Positions 1 to 10,553 of a DNA stretch of 32,727 nt are shown in pieces. Source of the stretch: Intoshia linei (taxonomy: Eukaryota; Animalia; Orthonectida); the NCBI GenBank assembly GCA_001642005.1, contig LWCA01000315.1:1-32727 (forward strand), given 5' to 3'. Both the position numbers and the translations under genes were made by a program. Numbering within the stretch: position 1 is the first letter of the stretch; the number at the start of each line of letters is the position of its first letter. A model generated the notes under the pieces. The model was not told where the DNA came from. It worked only from the letters and a program-made list of their open reading frames with translations, and did not search any database.

Positions 1-14
1 CCCCCCCCCCCCCA

Positions 15-28
15 TTTGGGAAACACTA
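15..28. mobile_element. Right terminus of a hAT-type MITE, truncated by the window start
   Basis: TTTGGGAAACACTA resembles the hAT right TIR at ~26979-26993 and is followed by CCCTAGAG (TA at positions 4-5, like the other TSDs here). Confidence 0.45.
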
Positions 29-215
29 CCCTAGAGGGCATAATACAACATTTTAACGATCATAATAATGGAATATACCTTGACTTATGTCCAATGAATG
101 TTGTTCATAGAATTTAAAAAATAGGGTCTATTTTGAAATTTTGAATAGACCTGCAGCATGTTGATTTTAATATTTAATTATTATTTTGTTATATTATCTT
201 TATTATTATAATTAG

Positions 216-3200
216 TGGCGTTTACGTTGACGATCACTATGATATAGCTATGGCAGCAAGACGAATCATTTGGGGTAAATGTCTTAATGCTGGACAGGTT
301 TGCATTTCTCCCGATTACGTGTTATGTTCGTCCCGTATTATGGTAAATATTTATAAATTATAATGGTATCAAAAAATTTATCATTATTTTTATTTCTAAT
401 ATATTTAGAATCTTTTAAAAACTGAAATGGAAAAATACATCACACAATTTTATACTGATGACGTAAAATCGTCTGCTGATTATGGTAGAATTTTAAATGA
501 AAAATTTTTTGAGTAATTTTAAAATTTTATCAAATTGTATGCTTTATTGTAAATTGAATGGTAATAAAATTAAAGTATACAACGAAAATTAAAACGCAAT
601 TGTGCAAGTTACACCCTTGAGTTCAGTTCCTAAACTACTATTGTTCGAAATCTCTCAGTCCTATGGTCCTCGTGAAAATTTACAAACTAGGGACCTCAGT
701 TTTTTTTGAATAAATCATACTTTTAAATTTGTTTATTTAGTACAGGGGTTCTCAATTTTGGCGATATCGCCTATTTTGGACTTTTTTTAATATTGAGGCG
801 ATTTATTTTCAGAGTAACCTTTTTTTAAATTGATATTATAATTTTAAAATATTAAATTGTGTTCCTTCTGATATTTTAGAGATAATTATGAGATTATAGT
901 TTTGATTTGTTTCTTATTCATTTCTGCGAAGTCATAAAAATACTGTTATTATGAGAAAAAGTAAGTCAACTTAAGCAAGCAATTTGTTAAAACTCCAATT
1001 TTAAAAATTCGGTTAAATAACTGTATCATAAATGATTATAATACACAAAAGTTTCAGTTTAAACATTTTTTGCTAGTTTTTAATTATTAAGGAACCCATG
1101 ATCAATTTTTTTGGAAGGGCAATAATCTTGAAAAAATATAATTATTTTCACTTAGGGGGATAGTTCAAAAAAGGTTAAGAATCCTGGATTTAGAACACGC
1201 ATGGGCAACTTGAGTCCACGATCTGCCGTTTGTCAATATTTTATTTTAATTTTATTTGCCTCTTTCAAACTGAGTTTCGAAAATATCAATAGTTTAATTT
1301 AAATAAAATTGATACTATTAATAGTAACCGCACATTGTTATCGAATTATTGTTCTAAAATAAAAAAATCTAATTCTTAATCTACATGTTTTTGGTCAAGA
1401 GCTATGATTAAAAAGTCCTATATAAAGTCAGAAATATTTATTTTTTATTATTTATGTGTCGCCAACCTAAAATGATTGGAAAGCACTAAAATGTGGCTGT
1501 TGATTATAATAATTATGTTATATTTTAGTAAAATTATTAATAAAATCAAAAAGTCTAATTTGGATGTTCCTGAATGTGATCGTGAATCTTTGTACATTAA
1601 ACCTACCGTATATGCTAATGTTTCACCAGATTCTGAAATTATGAAAGAAGAAGTATATCATTTTTATATGAGAGATTCAATGAACAATAGTATATTAATA
1701 AATAAAATGATATATGATGTGAAAAGAAAAATGATATGAATGATAAGTTTTCATTGCATTTAAAAGAACATTCTGTCCCAAGCTGTTAAAAACTTAACAC
1801 TAACTCTAAACACTAAGTATATGAATGTCTACTAAATTTTAAGTCAATTTTTATTAATTTAAATTATAAACTACCACCGTTTAAATTAATTTTTATAAGA
1901 TACTGTCGAGAACTTTTTAATGTTGAATCCTAAGTTTCAATATTCAAATGCACTGGTTTAAATCGATTATATTTACCAATGGGGAATCCACATAGTGAAA
2001 ATAATAACATTTCAAATTTAGATATTTGCTCCAGTTCTTCCATTAATTGAATGTAACAGTTTCACAGAAGCAATAGAATTTATCAATAAAATGTAAATAC
2101 AATTATAAATCTGAATTATATCACATTCATTTTTGTTTAGACCCAAGCCTTTGGCAATTTATTTATTTACCTATAATGATGAAATTAAAAATTCCTTTTT
2201 ATTAAAGACTAGTTCGGGTGGATTTTGTCTTAATGACGTTATTATGCAAAATTCTGGTAATCGTTAAGTCTAAATTAATTTCTACGAGAGGTTCCCATAT
2301 AATGAACCAAATGATTTACAAATGACAATAAAATAAATTTAACTTTTTTTTACCCTGTGTTGACAAAAATTTTAAGATGTAAAATTTTGTAGTTTTATTT
2401 CTAAATTATTTTTTTCGGAACGTATCCTTATTCTGTTGTGGAAATATAATTATAATTATCACACTATTATTAAATTTATATTAAAGTGAACAATTTGCCA
2501 TTTGGTGGAGTTGGAGCGAGCGGTATTGGTCGATATGGTGGCTACTCTGGATTTAAACAGTTTAGTAATATGCGTAGTGTACTAGAAAGATGTTCTTTAT
2601 TTCATCAGTAATTTAAATTTTATCAAATTTAAATTTCTCTAGAATTCTCGAGAGCAAGCACTATAAACCACCTTATTTTTATCTAGTATCGTGGTTCTAG
2701 CTTCTATAATTACTATAATTATAATCGACATAAACCTAAACCGGTTAAAATTAAATAAAATATGAATGGAACTTTGCTAATGTCGAATTTAAGTATTGGT
2801 TCAAATATATTTTCATGTTTGGTTAACTACACGTTGTATTTATGGCCGTGGAAATGGGTTAGGGTTATATATAGATAACCTTATTATCGCAAGCCTACTA
2901 TTAATAATTAAAAATAATAGGTTAGATTAGAAAAAAATTTTGTATGATGGGTGGAATTTTTTTAAGACAGTAATGTAACGCTCGATTAAACAATAAGTAG
3001 AAGAGTAATTGATTTAATTCAATTGTGTCAATAATGAATTTTACGCGTCTAAAAAGAAAATCTTTTTACTAATGACATTAAAAAAAGTAGATTAAATTTG
3101 ATTGTAATTTTGTTTAATGTATATATGGTACCTACAATTATTGTCTGGCCACCCACATTTGACTCTTCGCGATCCTGGTTTATGTACAATATGTAACATA

Positions 3201-3435
3201 ATATAATGGTATCATCACTAAATTTCAAAATATATTTGAAAATTTTTGTCGAATCAGATGCTGGTTTACTCTATATTACATACTTTTTAGGGTTCGTGAG
3301 CCACCATATACAGATAAAAGTATCAAAATATTGAATTGGCTGATGAGAAAGCCACGGAAAGGTAATTTATGCGATTCATTTATTTATTAAAAAATTATAG
3401 GTGTTCTAAACTGGATTAAATCATGGAATATGTGA
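216..3435 (+). CDS. ALDH3: Class-3 (fatty) aldehyde dehydrogenase, 3' part; 5' exons lie before the window
   Basis: Phase-consistent GT-AG exons 216-342, 409-512, 1529-1652, 2022-2092, 2141-2256, 2487-2607, 3291-3361, 3401-3435 (TGA). Translation has [24 protein letters not shown] (catalytic Cys motif), [52 protein letters not shown] and REPPY, all typical of ALDH3. Confidence 0.93.
743..1187. mobile_element. Non-autonomous hAT (Buster/Charlie-like) MITE in an ALDH3 intron
   Basis: Ends CAGGGGTTCTCAA...GGTTAAGAATCCTGG; flanks ATTTAGTA / ATTTAGAA (7/8 TSD); subterminal palindrome GGCGATATCGCC similar to GGCGCTATCGCC in the 17412 element. Confidence 0.75.
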
Positions 3436-4166
3436 AGATTATCAAATAATTTACATTATTAAACAGTATGTTACTTTTACTATCTTTTATTTCTCAGTAT
3501 ATACTGTAACAATTGATTATACAATGTTGATGATTGATGTAATACTATAATAATTTTCGTATCTTTTTGTATTACGATAAAAAAGTAGTTTTATTTCAAA
3601 CTGTATCAGGAATCATTAACCTTTTTCACATGGGGACTCTTTCAAAAAATTTTATTTGTCGTAGACCCCTAATCTATAATCAATTAAAATATAGTCACAA
3701 ATATTTTTTTTGGTAAGTGCATCGGTTAGAAATATTATCACTTTTAGTATCATCTACCTGTAGTAATGGGAAAATTCCGATTCTAATAATTTTGAACCAC
3801 TCAATTATAACTTGACAACAATTATTGATTAAATTAATATTTAATCTTTTAGTTCAATTAAAATATCGTAAATATTGTTCGAAATAAATAGGAAATACAT
3901 TTATCATTTATAATTTTCAAAATAATTATTAATTATTACTAGGGCAATTTTTTTAATAACCTATAAATAAAAAAAATAATCTAACGACTGATTTTTAGTA
4001 ACTTTAGAAAAAATTTTTGTATAAAACTTGAATTTGAATCTTGTTAACTTCAATCGATTAGTTTTAATTTTTACATGTATTTTTTATATTTTGTACCATT
4101 TGAAAATTCAAAATATTTACAAAAATATTTTTTCTCTTTTTATGTCTTCTATCTCTTATTATTTTT

Positions 4167-4301
4167 ATGACCGTTCAACCTACGTCAACACAAAATGAAA
4201 GAAATTTCTCTACTGCTTCTAAGTTCGTTACCAAACGTAGAACGCGTATAAAATACGAATCTATCAATATGATGTGTTTTGAAACACTTTTTCAACAATA
4301 A
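4167..4301 (+). pseudogene. hAT transposase C-terminal dimerisation-domain relic
   Basis: Reads MTVQPTSTQNERNFSTASKFVTKRRTRIKYESINMMCF, matching the hAT dimerisation pattern P-x-S-x-x-x-E-R-x-F-S...T-K-x-R-x-R-L...C-F. Confidence 0.75.
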
Positions 4302-4989
4302 AATAAAATAATAATTATTTACTTTACGCAAGACGAGTTGATTAATGGTTTAATGATTTTCATTATCGTCAATCGAAAATGAATGTACCACGAGAAATTA
4401 AAGACGTAATAGTTGATGGCAAATCTGTATCAATTTACAATAAATGGCATGTAAAGTTTGTTGAATATACGAAGACAAATAATATTGAAGAGAATTTAGG
4501 CGACTGTTATGGCCGATATAGTTAACAAGATATCACTGAAGGTATGACTTTTTTATTTAAATTTTATGATTTTTTTAGCGTCAGTTCAGTGAGTGAAATA
4601 ATTCAGTGAAAAAGCGATATTGTTGTAGATGGATATGTGGAAGCCACTCATTCTAATAAATTGTCACTGACAAAACATTAAATAAAGAAGTATTGATAAA
4701 CAATGAAAAAATTGTCGAGAAAACAAAAGAAAAAAGTGAAAATACCATTACATTACAATTAAACCATTGTGTATTTAATAATTGTACATTTAATTAATTT
4801 CTAGATTTTAAATAAATTATAATTACAAAATGATTTACAAAATTAATTTTATATAATTTCCAAGGCTAGAAGTACTGATAATATATTCAATTCTATTATT
4901 TAACTAGTTAAATAATAAAATATTATTTTACGCTAAATCATATACATCTTATAAGTGATTTAACAATTTATGCATTGATTATTAATATA

Positions 4990-5659
4990 AATAGTTGCCA
5001 GAAAGTGCGTTCATCGTACATTTCCATTGGTTATGTACATTTTCCAACGCACTTCTTAAACTTCCACGCTTATATATTTTTATAAACCATGCAATTTTAT
5101 AGCTTTATTATATTTTTAAAATAAAAAGTTTAGTTTTTTAAGGTAATATTTTAATTATCACTCGTTCAGAATTGTTTGTTTTATTTTTATATTTACTTCT
5201 TTACTCTCTTATTTATTTTATTTTAATATAATTTCACTAAAAATCTCAATAAATTTTAAAATATTCTGTGTTGATCTATTTTATATTTGCATTTCAACAG
5301 TTGAAATGAACCGAATACTTGTTATTTTTATCAAATAATTTCGGATATTTGAATTGTTTAGATATTAAGGATACTATTCATCAAAACCCACTTATTTTAG
5401 TCACTATTGACTCATAGGCTTTTCCGAGCATGTATTTTTCTGTATATCTATCTTTCGGGAAAGTTAAATAAAATTGTATATTTTTAAATTATTTAGCCCA
5501 AATAAAATAAATAGTTAATTTTGAATTTAAAATTAACAATTTTATATTTACAATGTAAATGATTATTTCTAGCAAATCAATTTGAAGTTTTTAATATTTT
5601 AATAAAGTTTTCCAACGCACTATTCTTCGCAATATGAACTTTTTAATCTGGCAACTCTG
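4990..5659. mobile_element. Degenerate hAT Tip100-like non-autonomous element
   Basis: Inverted ends AATAGTTGCCAGA (4990-5002) and TCTGGCAACTCTG (5647-5659); TTTCCAACGCACT repeated near both ends; no TSD preserved. Confidence 0.5.
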
Positions 5660-7865
5660 GTTGTCATTATTCTAAATATTTTATGCTGTAAAAATAAACT
5701 GCTTTACAGTAAAAATAATATTTGAGTAAAGTTACTTTTTGGTGTACGCTAACATATAAATACATTTTTTACTAATTAAATTTGTAAATTTTAGTGTAGT
5801 AATCAAATAAAATCTATTTTTGTTTCTAAAATTAATTATGGTCTCTAAAATTTTTAATTCTTCTATATTATAAAACTATATTTTATGATATGACTAAAAA
5901 TTTTTTAATTTTCCGGTTCTCGACTTTTGTCATTTCCCGGGAAATCACAATCACTACTATAATGTATTTGATAACTTCCAATAGAATAAATTTTTCTATT
6001 TGCTCAAACAGTTTGTTTATGTAATGATTCATTACTAACGATGATGTACTGATGTCAATAAATAGTCTCTATCATTTACCTTCATGAAAAGAATGACTAA
6101 TTAGTAATTACTTTTAAAGTCGGTAGTATTACATAGATTTATATAAAATTTAACATCTACAGTAAATCTAATATAATAACTATTTTCCTGTTACTTAAAA
6201 ATAATGAAAAAAATTGGAATGTATAAATGACTCTCTGAACCACCACATTTAGAATGACTGAACTAGCTTACATGTTTTGTACTACAGAAATAAAATTTTC
6301 TTTTTTGAAATTATAAAAAACAATAATCTCATCAGAAATAAAAATATATATAAATTACAAACATAAATAAATTTTTCAAAAACTAAATAGACTAAACTTT
6401 ATATATCAATAATTATCAATTATAATCGAACATAAATGTTATTTATGTTATATGAGTTGGACCTGAACAAAAATATGCATTGATGCATCAATTCCTGAAT
6501 AATTACGTTAGGAAAAATATTTAAACTTCATAAATTTTATTACAAATAATTATCAGTTGTCAAGTAACAATGGCACAAAAAAGAATTTACAATAAAGTTT
6601 ATTACAATCATAAATATTGTTTTACCCGAATGAGTATGAAATAAAGGGGAAATGATGTAATAAAGTCCACACATTGTAAAAATCAACACTTTTGTTTATT
6701 TTAAGATAACAAAAAAAAAAGGAAAAATTAAAAGTCAACGAATTGGTGAATCGTACTTTTAATTTTAAAAATGAGATAAATTTGTGAATATTGGTAGCAT
6801 CATAAAAAATATAATTTTAGATTATCAATATTGTTCAATAGAAAACATAAAATTTAAACAAAAAATGGTCGCAGTGTTCAGATTGAATAGTTTTGTTGTT
6901 GGTGAATTTTTATTTTTTCTGTAGCTGACAACCGTAAAATTTATACATTATATGAATTTAAAATAAAATCATAAAAAATACAATTTTAAAATAGCAGCTA
7001 GCTCTGGATAGAGTAAGTTTCCATATACATTTATATAAACTATAAATGACACGTCCAGAATCTGGACTCCATATACTTGTAAGTCAAGCCTTTAAGTTTT
7101 TTAAAGATTTCATGTTTGCAAACATTTTGCCTAATAAAAATAGTTTCAAAATGTTAAGGTTTTAAATTTAAACTCAACACTGTTTCACACAATTATTTTT
7201 GTATTTCATTTCGTCCGATTGACAACTCATCAATCTAAAATAAAATGGACATTACGTCCAGAACACAACCAACTCACCGAAGTCACCGAAACTGAAAAAT
7301 AGGCCCTAAACAAATTTGGAAACTATAAATGGTATCATATACCCTAGTCGCCTCTTCGTGGGCCTTAACCTGAAATTGAACACACATAATAGTTGATATT
7401 CAAGAATAAGACTTTTTTAAATAAATTTTTACATTGTACTTCTTGAGTACTACTCAAATTAGAAAAATTGTGCCCATTTTACAACAATTTTATCTCCCCC
7501 AACCCCGAGGATGGCTATCGGAAGACCATACTCAGAATCTTCGGATCTGATCATGTCTAACGATTTCTACGAAACTATTGGATCCGTAAAATCCTTAGTA
7601 AACACGATTACGTGTTAATCCTCATAGTTAATTATTATAATTAGATTATTAATAAGTTTAACTATGTAAACAAGATTTACCCACGGATAATAAATTTTAA
7701 TATAAATAATCCAACTTTTTAATCTACGATGTATTCATAATTTAAAATTTAAATGCAAATGAAAAAACGGCAAGATAAATTTAAAATTTTACTATGGATT
7801 CATTTTAATGCGTAGTATATCTTTAGTTTATTTAAAATTCTGTGTAAACGTGAAAATTGAATTGT

Positions 7866-10365
7866 ATGATTTCTCAAGTTAAAATGAACACTTATCATTT
7901 GTACCGTGAACATTCATATTCCAATTTTATATTCGAAAATCCCGATTCAATAATACAACAAATTACTACATATCAAAATACAGCTGTTAAAAATGAACCT
8001 TTCGTTCAATTCCTCTTATCCAATAATAACAAATCACTGTATTCATTAATTATCCAAACTTTTAATTTTAATTTAGACTTTTAAAACTTGTAACGGCTGA
8101 ATGGAACACTACTGAAAGCGATAAAATTAAAGTACAAGAAGAAAACATTGAAAAATGCATTCAATATTTTAAGGAAGCTGCATTACACCTTGACCTACAA
8201 TTGTATTTATATAATTTTTATAAGAAATTATTTTATTTAAATTTGAGTTAGATTGTTAATTAAATCAATCAAAATGAGATTGGTTTCATACTGTATTATA
8301 AATTATCAAATAGAACCAAATACGAAGAAAAAATTATTGAAGAAATTAAAGAAATCGTTTCATATATGGTTTTACAAAAAAATATCAACCACAATGTTTA
8401 TTTTCGTAAATCATATAATATTTTGTAGCACCATCAAACAGATGCAGTGATTAACGAGTTCAACAAATGCGTTTTTAAACTACGTTTTAAATTTTCAGTG
8501 GAAATGGTACATTTTACTATATTGAATCAAATATAATTTTCTATAGGTGTGTTTAAAGAACATTGTTCCCTACATTTTAAAAAATTGGAATTCCAATTAC
8601 CAATTTTTTTATTTTCAACTATTGTCTGCTTTATACAACATTGTATATTATTATTATATTATTTCAATTTTTATAAATTATTGCAATTAGATTCCCAACC
8701 AAATTGAAATTCATTTACAAAGTTTAATTTACAATTTAAGCAAAGATCAAGAAAAATTTGTTAAAGATATTTTACAAAATTGTTACGTTTACGAAAATAA
8801 AATTGACTCTTATCACATTCCTGTAAACTGTTTTTTATACAAGTTAATTGATTTGTTTTAGAATACTACCAATAGACACTCTAATACTATTATCGTTTTC
8901 CCACCTATTGATTCTAATGATTTGATTAGTTCAACTATTGTTACAAGTAGGGAAAGAACTTTTAAAAAAATGTTTTCCAGTCTTGGAAATGTTCATCAAT
9001 TGAATTATACTACGTCCCACGAAAATGATAAAGCTTACACTTATTCTCATTCTTCTCTTCTTGATGTTCTTGTGGAAACTGTCAAGGGTCAAATAAAGCA
9101 GGTATTTATTTTCTTTCATTCTTTCAAATATTTAGGTGTATCAAAAGGCTAAACAGGAATCCAAAGATGCTAAACTCATTTTCTTATCTATTGATTCTGG
9201 AACGTGTTTGGCTTTGCATGTAAATAGTTTTGTATCGTTAAATATCTTTATCTACCTCAGATGGCCACGAATTATTTTAGTTGAGTTTATATTGAAATAA
9301 TTATCTCTAACAATGATTTATAGTTACCACTTAACTTAAAATGGTCATTGGTGGCTCCGAAGTAACTACTTTCCCATCCGATTTCAATTATAATTCACTG
9401 CAATTTTCCATTTGTATTGGACTGTGACCTTAAATGAAGATTTTTTTGTAGAATGTGGGTTAACTAGAAAAATTATATAGTGAGATATCCCTGGGCACTG
9501 CTGGACAGGATTTTCGAATCGTAGCTAGATATATCATTTACGGGTGAACTAAGAAGAAAATTTTACATCACCGGACGGAACGAGTCAGTTAACTTTTTGA
9601 AAGGCATTCGTATGTAAGAGTTTGAAAAATTGGACCATTTAGGACATTCATTCCTATTGTCATAAATAAATGTTATCTTTAAAACATTAGACAAACTTGT
9701 ATGTAGTTTGTGTAAAATGCTCCACATTGTTTTAATGTTGCTTTTCATGGGAACGGGTATTTTTTCATGATAGGAAATTGATTTCGTACGTCGTGAAAAA
9801 TTAGCGTTATTTTTATAAATATTCGTTTTTTTACATCGAACAAGGAATACCTTTATAATTATAATAAATACCATAGTATACATAAATAATTATAATTATT
9901 TATGTATTTATTATTCAATTTTTAGTTTGCAGAGATGTTGAATTTACACGCTATTGTTGCAGTCGGAATGCCTAATCGCGTATTTAATGGAATCAAATGT
10001 TTTCAATCAATAAAACAAAAAAATCCAAAATGCCCCATAATAGCTTTCGTCGGAGAGTTGGCTGAACGATGCAATTTGAACTTTTTAATTGAATATATTC
10101 GTGGCATCGAAAACAAATTAAACAAAATCATAGTAGTTAAAGACGCAGATGATATGATGGCTGTAAAAAATTCATTTTTGTTGACTGAAAACTACTCTCA
10201 ATTTACTATCGATGCAATGATTATGGTAATATAATTCTGTCCTATACGAATAATTTTTTATTTCAGAGCAAAATTTCCGATTTTCTTTCCAATGTTGCAA
10301 TCATGGCCGACAAAATTCAACGACAAAAAGATAAACCTAAAAAACGAACATATAAAAAAAAATGA
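7866..10365 (+). CDS. KANSL3: KAT8 regulatory NSL complex subunit 3-like (alpha/beta-hydrolase fold), ~469 aa
   Basis: Phase-consistent exons 7866-8038, 8077-8202, 8314-8395, 8429-8506, 8547-8642, 8691-8822, 8862-9101, 9136-9219, 9926-10225, 10267-10365 (TGA). N-terminal EHSYS (KANSL3 DHSY), FSSLGNV, LIFLSIDSGTCLALH, AIVAVGMP, PIIAFVGE, IIVVKDADDMM and ENYSQFTIDAMIMSKISDFL parallel the KANSL3 hydrolase domain. Start could be 7884; exon 3 acceptor is inferred. Confidence 0.8.
9255..9850 (-). pseudogene. Possible decayed spliced gene fragment antisense within KANSL3 intron 8
   Basis: More coding-like than neighbouring introns; 106-aa minus ORF; several minus-strand GT...AG segments of ~30-40 nt separate short open blocks, but stops and frame breaks are present and no homology was recognised. 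Confidence 0.3.
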
Positions 10366-10553
10366 AATGAAACTTGTGTAAATTTGTATTAAACTTTCAA
10401 CAGTCTATACAACCATGACATTAATGAAAAACTACTTTGTTTACTTTATTGTGTAATAATCTTGTCTATAGACAATAAAGTTTCTTTCATATTTATGATC
10501 TGTTTAGTGTAAAATAAATCACCAATTATTTAACCAAATTATATACCTAAGGA

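Noticed and set aside
1476-1739. 87-aa ORF as a standalone gene
   Set aside because: Only 1529-1652 is an ALDH3 exon; the rest is intron read-through.
3340-3362. CTGATGAG...GAAA resembling a hammerhead ribozyme core
   Set aside because: No stem II pairing, and it lies within an ALDH3 coding exon.
8253-8450. 65-aa ORF
   Set aside because: Wrong frame; the phase-consistent KANSL3 exons use other frames.
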